Part shown: piece by piece, positions 1-8,132 of the stretch
Numbering within the stretch: position 1 is the first letter of the stretch
Layout: each line of letters opens with the position of its first letter
Position numbers and translations under genes: made by a program
Assembly: GCA_046758745.1 (NCBI GenBank)
Contig: JBHIAV010000072.1
Location: forward strand, 1-10,593
Source: Gemmatimonadota bacterium
GTDB taxonomy: Bacteria; Gemmatimonadota; Gemmatimonadetes; Palauibacterales; Palauibacteraceae
DNA: 10,593 nt
Direction of reading: 5' to 3'
The notes under the pieces: generated by a model
What the model was told of the DNA's origin: nothing
Database searches by the model: none
The model's input: only the letters and a program-made list of their open reading frames with translations

Positions 1-327
1 GTGATCGGAATCATGATGATCTCGGTCACCGAGCGCACCCGGGAGATCGGCCTCCGCAAGTCGATGGGGGCGCGGCGGCGAGACATCCTTTGGCAGTTCC
101 TCGTCGAGGCGGCGACGCTCACCCTTGTCGGCGGCGCCATCGGGATGTTGCTCGGAGGGGGGCTCGTACACCTGGTGAACCGGCTCACCCCGGTGCCCGC
201 CGTCGTTCCGGTGTGGTCGGTCGCCGTCGCCCTGCTCGTGTCGGCGCTGACCGGGATCGGGTTCGGTCTCTACCCTGCCTCCCGCGGCGCGCGCCTGGAC
301 CCGGTGGTGGCGCTGCGCTACGAGTGA
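1..327 (+). CDS. ABC transporter permease, MacB/FtsX family, C-terminal part (5'-truncated by window)
   Basis: Translation has the family motifs SVTERTREIGLRKSMGARRRDILWQFLVEA and GLYPASRGARLDPVVALRYE plus hydrophobic TM segments; stop TGA at 325-327. Confidence 0.93.
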   Translation: MIGIMMISVTERTREIGLRKSMGARRRDILWQFLVEAATLTLVGGAIGMLLGGGLVHLVNRLTPVPAVVPVWSVAVALLVSALTGIGFGLYPASRGARLDPVVALRYE

Positions 328-346
328 CCGTAAGACTCGGGCCGTG

Positions 347-400
347 GCGCGGCGCTCCAGGCCGGCCGACCTCGCCGCGCGGCGCTCCGGGCCGGCCGAC
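347..400. repeat. Direct repeat: two 24-bp copies, 30-bp period
   Basis: GCGCGGCGCTCCAGGCCGGCCGAC (347-370) and GCGCGGCGCTCCGGGCCGGCCGAC (377-400), 23/24 identical. Confidence 0.85.
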
Positions 401-472
401 ATGGCAAGCGGAAAGGGCCGCTCCGGCACACGCGGGAGGGACCGCGCCAGCGCGCCCGGAAGAGGCGTGGGC

Positions 473-1201
473 TTGAACTCCCCGACGACGTCCGTCGACG
501 TCCTCGCCATCGGAGCGCATTGCGATGACGTCGAGCTGGTGTGTGGCGGCACGCTCATCCGCTGCGCCGACCAGGGTTACCGCACCGGCGTGATAGACCT
601 CACCCGGGGCGAGGTGGGAACGAAGGGCTCGGCCGAGATCCGCGCGGCGGAGGCGGCGCGAGCGGCCGAGCTGATGGGGCTCAGCGTGCGGCTCAACGCG
701 GGCTTCTCCGATGCCGGCATCTTCAACACGCCCGAGGCCCGCGAGCGGCTGGCGGAAATGATCCGGCAGCTCACCCCGCGCGTCGTGATCCTCCCCTTCC
801 CCCGTGGCCGCCACCCGGACCACCGCATCACAGCCGAGCTCGGCCGCGACGCCAGCTACCTCGCCGGCCTCCAGCGGTACGGCCGCGGACCCGCGCACCG
901 GCCGCACAAGGTGCTGTACGCGATGGCGTTCCGTGAGGATGCGATCAAGCCCACCTTCGTGGTAAACATCGAGGAGCAGTTCGAGCGGAAGATGCGGGCG
1001 ATCCGTTGTTACGCCTCGCAGTTCGACGCCGCCACGTCGGCGGGCGAGGCGTATCCGACCGGCCAGCCCCTATACGAGCTGGTGGAGGCGCAGAGTCGGC
1101 ACTACGGGTCCCTGATTCGGGCGGGCTTCGGGGAGCCGTTCTACACGGAGGAGACGATGGAAGCCGTGGATATCGTCCGGCTAGGCGTCCGCTCCATGTG
1201 A
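473..1201 (+). CDS. bshB1: Bacillithiol biosynthesis deacetylase BshB1 (PIG-L/LmbE family N-acetyl-alpha-D-glucosaminyl L-malate deacetylase)
   Basis: Metal-binding motifs AHCDD (usually AHPDD) and HPDH, plus DLTRGEVGTKG, CYASQF and GEPF segments typical of BshB1. Start placed at TTG 473 behind the SD-like GGAAGAGG (458-465), giving 242 aa; in-frame GTG 344 and ATG 401 are alternatives. Confidence 0.85.
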   Translation: MNSPTTSVDVLAIGAHCDDVELVCGGTLIRCADQGYRTGVIDLTRGEVGTKGSAEIRAAEAARAAELMGLSVRLNAGFSDAGIFNTPEARERLAEMIRQLTPRVVILPFPRGRHPDHRITAELGRDASYLAGLQRYGRGPAHRPHKVLYAMAFREDAIKPTFVVNIEEQFERKMRAIRCYASQFDAATSAGEAYPTGQPLYELVEAQSRHYGSLIRAGFGEPFYTEETMEAVDIVRLGVRSM

Positions 1202-1212
1202 CGGCACCGTGA

Positions 1213-1234
1213 GACGCCCTGCCCCGCAGGCGTT
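1213..1234. terminator. Possible hairpin between convergent bshB1 and HIRAN-like genes
   Basis: ACGCCCTGC-CCC-GCAGGCGT stem with one bulge. No U-tract on either strand, so terminator function is uncertain. Confidence 0.25.
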
Positions 1235-1258
1235 CGGCCGGCCGGTACGCCGGGCGGT

Positions 1259-1600
1259 CTACCCGCAGGTGACCTCCACGACCAGCCGACGCCAGCTCGG
1301 GACGCTGGCGTCGCCGACCTTCACGGTGCGTGCCAGCGCCCGTCCCCCGTGGCGCATCCACGGCGCCAGCCAGCCGCCGATCTCGTCCGGCAGGTGACCG
1401 ATCGGGTCGCCCGCCGCCGCGTGCACCCACACCTGCTCGACGCCGCTCCCGGCCGGCTCGGGTATGAGGAGCAGGGGGTCGCCCGGCCTCACGCCGGCGA
1501 GAACCCGGGCGCGGTCGCCGAATACGACCCCATGCACGGTCGCCCGAAAAACCGAGGCCGCGGGTGGCGGGAGGGAAGCGGGACGGCGGCGCCGTGGCAT
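1259..1600 (-). CDS. Stand-alone HIRAN-like domain protein (113 aa)
   Basis: Pattern V-x-G-V-x-F...VRPGDPLLLIPEP...VWVH...GDPIGHLP...LAPWM matches the HIRAN layout (GD-L-L-x-EP ... IG[YH]LP ... LAP). ATG 1600 chosen; TTG 1606 is also in frame. Confidence 0.7.
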   Translation of the reverse strand: MPRRRRPASLPPPAASVFRATVHGVVFGDRARVLAGVRPGDPLLLIPEPAGSGVEQVWVHAAAGDPIGHLPDEIGGWLAPWMRHGGRALARTVKVGDASVPSWRRLVVEVTCG

Positions 1601-1606
1601 GGACAA

Positions 1607-1612
1607 ACATTA
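1607..1612 (-). promoter_or_regulatory. Putative -10 element TAATGT giving a leaderless transcript of the HIRAN-like gene
   Basis: Minus strand reads GGC-TAATGT-TTGTCC-ATG: a TAnnnT hexamer 6 nt before the ATG, with no SD, in a short AT-rich patch within a GC-rich spacer. Confidence 0.5.
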
Positions 1613-1887
1613 GCCACGGGAGGGTCGCGGCGCGACGGCGCTCGGCCCGCTCTCCGCCCCGGCGCCCCTGCCGCGTCGGAGCCCGGAGGGCCGGTCCCCG
1701 GGCAGCGGTTCGCGGCCGGAGGCGAGAGGGCCGCTCGGACCGTCGGGACCCCCCGAGCGGGGTGGCGCGGCCACGGTCTCTCGCCCACCTTCCGTGACCG
1801 AGCCAAGCCTCCGCTATGACAGGAGCCGGCGGAGCGCTGACCCGCTCCGCACGCGTGCCACGGAGCAAGCGAAGGAACGAGACTCGA

Positions 1888-3108
1888 ATGCCGTTGCAGC
1901 GACAGGAGACCGGATCGAGCCGGATCTACCTCGACCACGCGGCGACTTCCCCCCTCCGGCCCGAGGTGTGGGAGGCGATGCAGGCGGTGGTCGGGGATGC
2001 GGATTTCAATCCGGCCAGCGTGCACGCCTTCGGGCGCCGCGCCCAGCAGCGCCTCGAGGAGGCACGCGAGGAACTCGCCGCGGCATTGGGGGCGAGCCGG
2101 CGTTGTCTCATCTTGACAGGCGGCGGCACGCACTCCGACAACCTGGCGATCCTCGGCTTTCTGCGCGCGCACCGGAACGAAGGTCCCCGCATATTCGTCT
2201 CCGCGATCGAGCACAAGGCCGTCCTCGAGCCGGCGAAGCGGGCGGCCCGCGAGGGTGCTGAAGTTCACATCGTGCCCGTTGCCGGCTGCGGGACGATCAT
2301 TGCGGACGAGCTCGAGCGCGAGCTCGCCTCCGACTCCGGACGGCCGACGCTCGTCTCGGTGATGTGGGCCAACAACGAGGTCGGAACCGTGCAGCCCGTG
2401 GAGCGCGTCTGCGAGGCCGCGCACCGATACGGGGCGCTCTTCCACACCGACGCGGTGCAGGCGTTCGGCAAGCTTCCGGTGTCGCTCGAGCGGGTGCCCG
2501 CCGACATGTTGACCATCACGGCCCACAAGATCGGCGGACCCGTCGGGATCGGTTTGCTGTACGTGCGGGACGGCCTCTCCCTCGAGCCGCTCATGTACGG
2601 CGGATCTCAGGAACGCGCGATGTGGCCGGGCACTCAGAACCCCATGGCCACGGTCGGGTTCGCGACGGCGGCGCAGCTCGCGGTCGCCGATCTGCCGGTG
2701 TCCGCCCCGGCGTGGCGGCGGCTACGCGACCATCTGGCCGAGCGGCTCCTTGCGAGCGTTCCCGGCCTTCGCGTGCACGCCGCCGAGGCGCAGTCGCGCA
2801 TGCCCAACCTGCTCAGCGTCGGCATCCCCGGCTGCGACCAGGCCTCTCTCCTCCTCTCCCTGGATCTGGCGGGAATCGCCATCTCGGGGGGGTCCGCGTG
2901 CAGCAGCGGATCGGTCGTCGGCTCCCACGTCCTGGAGGCGATGGGCGCGGGGAGCGCCGAGACGGAGTACGCCGCGCTCCGCTTCAGCTTCGGACACAGC
3001 ACGACGGCCCAGGAGATCGACCGGGCGGCCGATGCCGTGGTGCGAGCCGTGGCTCGCTTCCGCCCGACCCGCGATACCTCGACCGCCGCGTCGGGCGGCC
3101 CGGCGTGA
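1888..3108 (+). CDS. iscS: Cysteine desulfurase, group I (IscS/NifS-type, class V PLP aminotransferase)
   Basis: YLDHAATSP, IEHKAV, ANNEVG, HTDAVQ, PLP lysine in TAHKIGGP, catalytic Cys in SGGSACSSG, and LRFSFG. Start ATG 1888 behind AAGGA; ATG 1816 is an in-frame alternative. Confidence 0.92.
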   Translation: MPLQRQETGSSRIYLDHAATSPLRPEVWEAMQAVVGDADFNPASVHAFGRRAQQRLEEAREELAAALGASRRCLILTGGGTHSDNLAILGFLRAHRNEGPRIFVSAIEHKAVLEPAKRAAREGAEVHIVPVAGCGTIIADELERELASDSGRPTLVSVMWANNEVGTVQPVERVCEAAHRYGALFHTDAVQAFGKLPVSLERVPADMLTITAHKIGGPVGIGLLYVRDGLSLEPLMYGGSQERAMWPGTQNPMATVGFATAAQLAVADLPVSAPAWRRLRDHLAERLLASVPGLRVHAAEAQSRMPNLLSVGIPGCDQASLLLSLDLAGIAISGGSACSSGSVVGSHVLEAMGAGSAETEYAALRFSFGHSTTAQEIDRAADAVVRAVARFRPTRDTSTAASGGPA

Positions 3109-3115
3109 GGGCCGC

Positions 3116-4240
3116 GTGAGCAGCCTCGCCTCGGCCGCGGCGGCCGTCCCGGCCGGCCCTCCCGACGCGCGGCACGGGACGGTACTCGTCGCCATGTCGG
3201 GTGGCGTCGACTCGAGCGTCGCGGCGGCGATCCTGCACCGGTCCGGATACCGGGTGGTCGGCGTCACGATGAAGACCTTCTGTTACGGGAAGGTCACCGG
3301 TCCCAGTCGGGCCTGCTGCGGCCTCGAGGGAATCGCCGACGCGCGCTCGGTCGCCGCCCGTCTCGGCGTGGCCCACATGGTGTTCGACGTGGAGGAGCGG
3401 TTCTCGAGCGACGTGATCGAGAACTTCGTGAGCGAGTACGCGGTCGGCCGCACACCGATCCCGTGTGTGCGCTGCAACAGCTTCACCAAGTTTCGGGATC
3501 TCATGGGCCGGGCCGAGCGCCTGGGGTGCGATTTCCTCGCCACGGGCCACTATGCGAGGATCGACCGCACGGCCGGGGAGGCCCGTCTGGTGCGCCCGCG
3601 GGATGAGCGCAAGGACCAGACCTACTTTCTGTGGGGGATCCCGCGCGACGTGTTGGACCGCCTCCTTCTCCCCATCGGCGAGCTGGAAAAGCCGCAAGTG
3701 CGGGCGCTCGCCCGCTCGCTCGGATTGAGCACGGCGGAGAAGCCGGAATCGTACGAGATCTGCTTCGTACCGGACAACGACTACGCGGGCGTGCTCCGCC
3801 GCTACCTGGGCGAGTCGCACCCGGCGCTCTCGCCGGGACCGTTCGTGCTGCGAGACGGAACCGTGGTGGGTGAGCACGAGGGATACGCCCATTTCACGGT
3901 GGGGCAGAGGAAGCGTCTGCCAGGAGGATTCGCCGAACCGATGTACGTGCTCGAGATCCGTCCGGAGACGCGCGCTGTGGTTGTCGGTCCGCGCGCGCAG
4001 CTCGCCACGTCACGGCTCACGGCCGGAGAGGCCAACTGGCTCGCCGAGCCTCCCGAACCCGGCGACACTCTGGGCGTTCGCATCCGCCACGGCGCGGCGG
4101 TGGTGGACGCCACCGTCCTGGATCGTGGGAAGCGCTCGTTCACGGTGGAGCTGACGGGGGCGCAGCGGGCGGTGACGCCCGGTCAGAGCGCGGTCCTGTA
4201 CCGGGGAGACGTGGTGGTGGGAGGCGGCGTCATCCACTAG
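3116..4240 (+). CDS. mnmA: tRNA 2-thiouridine(34) synthase MnmA
   Basis: PP-loop AMSGGVDSS, TPIPCVRCN, ATGHYA, KDQTYFL, ESYEICF, TVGQRK, and TPGQSAVLY...GGG. GTG 3116 lies 7 nt after the desulfurase stop, behind GAGGG. Confidence 0.97.
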   Translation: MSSLASAAAAVPAGPPDARHGTVLVAMSGGVDSSVAAAILHRSGYRVVGVTMKTFCYGKVTGPSRACCGLEGIADARSVAARLGVAHMVFDVEERFSSDVIENFVSEYAVGRTPIPCVRCNSFTKFRDLMGRAERLGCDFLATGHYARIDRTAGEARLVRPRDERKDQTYFLWGIPRDVLDRLLLPIGELEKPQVRALARSLGLSTAEKPESYEICFVPDNDYAGVLRRYLGESHPALSPGPFVLRDGTVVGEHEGYAHFTVGQRKRLPGGFAEPMYVLEIRPETRAVVVGPRAQLATSRLTAGEANWLAEPPEPGDTLGVRIRHGAAVVDATVLDRGKRSFTVELTGAQRAVTPGQSAVLYRGDVVVGGGVIH

Positions 4241-4256
4241 CGGGTCGCCGGGATGG

Positions 4257-5354
4257 TCAGTGCCGCAGGCCTTCCGCCTCGGCGAACTTCTCGATCATCT
4301 CGCGCCCTTCGCGTGAGATCTCCTCCGGCACCCGCACGGCCACCCGAACCAGCTGGTCGCCGATGGCGTCCCCCTTGTGCACGCCGTGGCCCTTGATGCG
4401 GAACGTCGTGCCGCCCTGCGTGCCGGGCGGGATGCGGAGGACGATCCTCTTGTTGTCCACCGTGCGAACTCGGATTCGCGATCCGAGGAGGCTCTGGGCG
4501 AGGTTGATCGGCACCTCGCAGACGAGATCGAGACCGTCACGCGTGAAGAACGGGTCCCTCTTCACCTTGAACCGGACGATCAGGTCACCGGGCGGGCCTC
4601 CGCCCGGCCCGCGCTCGCCCTGACCGGAGATTCGAAGGCGCGATCCCTCTTCCACGCCGGCCGGCACGGCCACGCTGATCTTCCGACGGGTTCGCACCTC
4701 GCCCCGTCCATGGCACGCCGAACAGGGCTCGGAAGGGATCTGCCCACGTCCCACGCACGCGGGACACGGGCGGGTCACCGAGAAGGTGCCCTGCCCGAAC
4801 GTCACCGTGCCGCGTCCGTTGCAGTCTCGGCAGGTCTGCAGCGTCGAGCCGGGCGCGCCTCCCGAGCCGTCGCAGGCGGCGCACTCCTCCTGGATCGGCA
4901 CGGTGATCGTCGCTCTGCCTCCCCGGACCGCTGTGCGAAAGGGAATCTCTACCAGGTACTCGACGTCGTGGCCGCGTTCAGGGCCGCGGCGACGTCCGGC
5001 CGTTCGTTTCCCGAAATCGAAGATCGAGCTGAAGATATCGCCGAGACCACCGATGTCCCCGAGATCCTCGAAACGGAAACCGCCCCCGGGGCCTGGGCGG
5101 CCTCCGGGAGCCCCAATCCCGCCGAGCCCTCCGAACCGGCGCACACGATCGTACTGCTTGCGGCGCTCCGGATCGGAGAGAACCGTGTATGCCTCGGAGA
5201 TCTCCTTGAAGCGCTCGGCGGCCTTCCGGTCGCCGGCATTCTTGTCCGGGTGGTACTGCTTGGCGAGCTTGCGGTACGCCTTCTTGATCTCGTCCGGGGA
5301 GGCGCCCTCCGACACGCCGAGCGTCTGGTAATGGTCCTTTGTCCGGGTGGCCAT
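4257..5354 (-). CDS. dnaJ: Molecular chaperone DnaJ (class A)
   Basis: J domain with HPD, G/F-rich linker with DIF, four CxxCxGxG repeats ([32 protein letters not shown]) and C-terminal domain; its ATG overlaps the grpE stop (TGATG). Confidence 0.97.
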   Translation of the reverse strand: MATRTKDHYQTLGVSEGASPDEIKKAYRKLAKQYHPDKNAGDRKAAERFKEISEAYTVLSDPERRKQYDRVRRFGGLGGIGAPGGRPGPGGGFRFEDLGDIGGLGDIFSSIFDFGKRTAGRRRGPERGHDVEYLVEIPFRTAVRGGRATITVPIQEECAACDGSGGAPGSTLQTCRDCNGRGTVTFGQGTFSVTRPCPACVGRGQIPSEPCSACHGRGEVRTRRKISVAVPAGVEEGSRLRISGQGERGPGGGPPGDLIVRFKVKRDPFFTRDGLDLVCEVPINLAQSLLGSRIRVRTVDNKRIVLRIPPGTQGGTTFRIKGHGVHKGDAIGDQLVRVAVRVPEEISREGREMIEKFAEAEGLRH

Positions 5355-6106
5355 CAGACCGCTCCGGGATCCGGCCCATCGTCGCGGCCCGCGGCCTCGG
5401 CTTCGGTCTTCGCGTACCTCGCCACCCCGACCTGCGCCGGCCTGAGGAGCCGGTCCCGGAAGCGGTAGCCCTCCACGAGGACCTGGGTGATGATCTCATC
5501 CTTGCTCGGATCGTCCACCTCGGTGACCAGCAGGGCCTCGTGCAGCGTCGGGTCGAAGCGGGCGCCGAGCGCCTCGATCCGGGAGAGCCCGGCCTCTTCC
5601 AGCGCCTTGCGCAGCTTTCGGTGAATGAGCCCGACGGCCTCTTGCAGGGTCTCGACCGTGACCGTGTCGCCGGGCGTCTCCGCCATTCGCGAGAGGTCGT
5701 CCAGGGTCTCCAGGAGATCCCGGACGAGGTCAGCCTGCGCCCGCTGCCACAAATCCGACTGCTCGCGCCGGGTTCGCTTGCGATAGTTCTCGAACTCCGC
5801 CGCCAGGCGCAGGTGCCGGTCCCTAAGCTCCTCCAGCTCCGCCAGCTCCTCCTCGATCTGAGCGGAGAGGTGCGCGGTCATGTTCTCCGCGCTGGGACCG
5901 GCTCCGGAAGGCTTCTCCTCCCTGGCCGCCGCGCCGGCTGCCGAGGGCGTCTTCCGCCCCGCGGCCGCAGTGGCGTCGGGCTCCTCCTCCCCCGCGGCGG
6001 TGCCGGCTCCCTCCGCCGCCCCGGCATCCGGCTCAGGTGGGACGCCCGCCTCCTCCCCGGCGTTGCGCCTCTCGGCCTCGGGGCGGCCGCCTGTCCGTTC
6101 GCTCAC
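5354..6106 (-). CDS. grpE: Nucleotide exchange factor GrpE with long acidic/Ala-rich N-terminus
   Basis: [21 protein letters not shown] and [16 protein letters not shown] motifs; GTG start behind a strong SD (GGGAGGAG). Confidence 0.96.
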   Translation of the reverse strand: MSERTGGRPEAERRNAGEEAGVPPEPDAGAAEGAGTAAGEEEPDATAAAGRKTPSAAGAAAREEKPSGAGPSAENMTAHLSAQIEEELAELEELRDRHLRLAAEFENYRKRTRREQSDLWQRAQADLVRDLLETLDDLSRMAETPGDTVTVETLQEAVGLIHRKLRKALEEAGLSRIEALGARFDPTLHEALLVTEVDDPSKDEIITQVLVEGYRFRDRLLRPAQVGVARYAKTEAEAAGRDDGPDPGAV

Positions 6107-6137
6107 TCGCTCCTCCCGTGACTTCGGTACGGCTCCC

Positions 6138-6989
6138 TCATGCGCTCGTCGGCACCACCTGGCTGCACAGCCAGGAGGCGGCGTCCGACAGACCGTGCTC
6201 GGCTTCAGGATCGTGGTACAGGTCGTGGTACGCCTCGGAGTAGACCCGCACGTCGCACGAGGTCGAGATTCGGTCGCTCAACGCCTCGCTAGCCGCCGAG
6301 TCGACGACCAGGTCCGTACCGGGAAGCTGAAAGAGCACCGGGACCCCGATGCGCTGCTCCCGGTCGACGAGCCGCTTCGCGTTCCGCAGCATCTCGGCCC
6401 ACAGCCGCGCGCTGATGCGCCGATGTACGAGAGGATCCGAGCGATAGGCTTCCCGCTCGGCGTCTTCGCGAAAGAGCACTTCCGGACGCAGCTCGTTGTC
6501 CAGAGTGATCGCCGGAGCCAGGCGGTCCGCCAGCCGGCCGAAGCGGAACTTCCACGCGGGGACCTCCATCGTGAGCCGGATGAAGGGGGCCACGGCCACA
6601 GCCCCGCGAAGGGACGGACAGCCGTACTCCTGCAGATACCGCAGGGTGACCAGCCCGCCGAGCGACTGGCCGAGCAGGAAGGTCGGACAGTGGACGGCAT
6701 CGTATGAGCACACCCTGCGCCGAAGTCGGTCCACGTCCTGGAGCAGATGTTCGAACGCCCTGACGTGGCCCCGCCGCCCCTGCGACCGTCCGTGGCCGCG
6801 CAGGTCCAGACCGTAGGCGGAAAAGCCCGCCGCGTTGAGGGCCCGCGCCACTCCCTCGTACCGCCCGGAGTGCTCGCCGAGCCCGTGCACCAGGAGGACC
6901 GTCGCCCTCGGATCCCGGATCTCCCAGGCGCGGTAGAAGAGGCGCAAGCCCCCCACGCCCTTCACGTATCCGTGCGACTCCTCAGCCAT
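6138..6989 (-). CDS. Alpha/beta hydrolase, lysophospholipase/monoacylglycerol lipase-like (Hydrolase_4)
   Basis: [20 protein letters not shown], nucleophile elbow GQSLGG, candidate Asp (GTDLVV) and His (YHDL). ATG 6989 overlaps the end of the upstream gene by 8 nt. Confidence 0.88.
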   Translation of the reverse strand: MAEESHGYVKGVGGLRLFYRAWEIRDPRATVLLVHGLGEHSGRYEGVARALNAAGFSAYGLDLRGHGRSQGRRGHVRAFEHLLQDVDRLRRRVCSYDAVHCPTFLLGQSLGGLVTLRYLQEYGCPSLRGAVAVAPFIRLTMEVPAWKFRFGRLADRLAPAITLDNELRPEVLFREDAEREAYRSDPLVHRRISARLWAEMLRNAKRLVDREQRIGVPVLFQLPGTDLVVDSAASEALSDRISTSCDVRVYSEAYHDLYHDPEAEHGLSDAASWLCSQVVPTSA

Positions 6990-7491
6990 CGTTCGCCTCG
7001 CCATGAAGCGCGAGCAGCGCCACCAGAGCGGCCTCCACCGCATGCCGCCGCACCTCTTCCCGCTCTCCCGGAAAGCGCTCCGCCCTCTCGGCCCGCCGCG
7101 GCCCGTCGATCGTGATCCACACCGTGCCCACGGGCTTCTCGGGCGTGCCGCCGGAGGGTCCGGCGATGCCGGTGATCGCCACCCCCCAGGTGGCTCCCGA
7201 GCGCTCCCGGACCGCTTGCGCCATCGCCCTCGCCGTTTCGCGGGAGACGGCACCGTGCGCCGCGAGGGTGGCCGCCGGCACGTCGAGAAGTTCTCGCTTC
7301 GCCTCGTCCGCGTAGGCGATCGCGCCGCCCCAGAAGACGTCCGAGGCGCCCGGCACTGCGGTAACCGCCCGGCCGAGCCAGCCGCCCGTGCAGCTTTCGG
7401 CCACGGCGAGGGTTTGGCCGGCTCTACGCAGGCGGCTCACCACCTTCTCCGCGAGTGCGGAGAGACTCGCCCCGGCACCCACCGCGCTCAT
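6982..7491 (-). CDS. pncC: Nicotinamide-nucleotide amidohydrolase PncC (stand-alone CinA C-terminal domain, 169 aa)
   Basis: [21 protein letters not shown] and [10 protein letters not shown]...KPVGTV motifs; ATG 7491 forms an ATGA overlap with the pgsA stop, behind GGAAGG. Confidence 0.9.
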   Translation of the reverse strand: MSAVGAGASLSALAEKVVSRLRRAGQTLAVAESCTGGWLGRAVTAVPGASDVFWGGAIAYADEAKRELLDVPAATLAAHGAVSRETARAMAQAVRERSGATWGVAITGIAGPSGGTPEKPVGTVWITIDGPRRAERAERFPGEREEVRRHAVEAALVALLALHGEANDG

Positions 7492-8120
7492 GCCGCCTTC
7501 CCGGCGAACAGCCGCTGAAAGCCAAAAAGGTACACGCCCATGGAGTAAACCGTAAGCGTGAGCGCGACCACCAGACCGAGGGTCGTGAACCACCCGTGGA
7601 ACGCCTCCCACCCCTGTGCGAGTCCGCCGGACCAGCCCTGCTGGACCGCGGCCGCTCGGAAGGCGAGCCACAGGATCATCGCCCCGATGAAGATGTTTTG
7701 GGCGAGGGCCTTGAGTTTGCCCGACGGGCCCGCCGGAACCACCCTTCCGAGCCGTACGGCGGCCATGCGCAGGCCTGTGATCAGGAGCTCGCGCGCCAGG
7801 AAGACCAGAAGCGCCCACAGGGGGAAGCCGTCAAAAATCGGGAGCCCTCCGAGGACCGGGTCCCGGCGCGTGACGAGGTAGAAGGGTATGAGGGTGACCG
7901 CCAGCAAAAGCTTGTCGGCGATCGGATCGACCAGCTTGCCGAAGTCGGTGATCTGACCTCGCCGGCGGGCGAGTTCGCCGTCCCACAGATCGGAGAGCGC
8001 CGCCAGGAGGAAGACAAGAAATCCGATGAGACGGGCCTCGGCACTCGGCCGTAGAAGCAGGGCGGCGACCACGGGAGCCAGAACCACGCGTAGCGTGGTG
8101 ACCGCATTGGGAAGGTTCAC
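7488..8120 (-). CDS. pgsA: CDP-diacylglycerol--glycerol-3-phosphate 3-phosphatidyltransferase
   Basis: N-terminal MNLPNxxTxxR, CDP-alcohol phosphotransferase motif [40 protein letters not shown] and multiple TM helices. Confidence 0.92.
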   Translation of the reverse strand: MNLPNAVTTLRVVLAPVVAALLLRPSAEARLIGFLVFLLAALSDLWDGELARRRGQITDFGKLVDPIADKLLLAVTLIPFYLVTRRDPVLGGLPIFDGFPLWALLVFLARELLITGLRMAAVRLGRVVPAGPSGKLKALAQNIFIGAMILWLAFRAAAVQQGWSGGLAQGWEAFHGWFTTLGLVVALTLTVYSMGVYLFGFQRLFAGKAA

Positions 8121-8132
8121 CGGTCCCTCGCC

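Noticed and set aside
331-337. TAAGACT as a -10 element for bshB1
   Set aside because: It does not fit TAnnnT in register and no -35 is evident; bshB1 may simply be co-transcribed with the permease.
347-400. Direct repeat as a CRISPR array
   Set aside because: Only two copies separated by 6 nt, and no cas genes.
1618-1754. Long rod as 6S RNA or SRP RNA (ffs)
   Set aside because: No SRP domain IV motif (CAGG...GGAA...GCAGC) and no clear 6S central bubble; retained only as an unassigned candidate structure.
1678-1860. Resemblance to a SAM-I riboswitch (GGAGGGCCGGTCC...CCGGGCAGC...GTGCCA) upstream of a sulfur gene
   Set aside because: The conserved AUC/GAU P1 elements, the GCAACC motif and the expected spacing are missing; the similarity is superficial.
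2750-3115. Long N-terminal extension of the mnmA ORF (likewise the extensions to 7253, 7818 and 8840 on other ORFs)
   Set aside because: These overlap neighbouring real genes in other frames and are low-complexity Arg/Pro/Ala-rich; better starts with SD or stop-start coupling lie downstream.
185-6707. Many long antisense or alternate-frame ORFs (e.g. 185-907, 945-1868, 1489-2526, 2984-3892, 4377-5468, 5339-6121, 5880-6707)
   Set aside because: Shadow ORFs are expected in high-GC DNA where stop codons are rare; they have no recognisable motifs and overlap well-supported genes.
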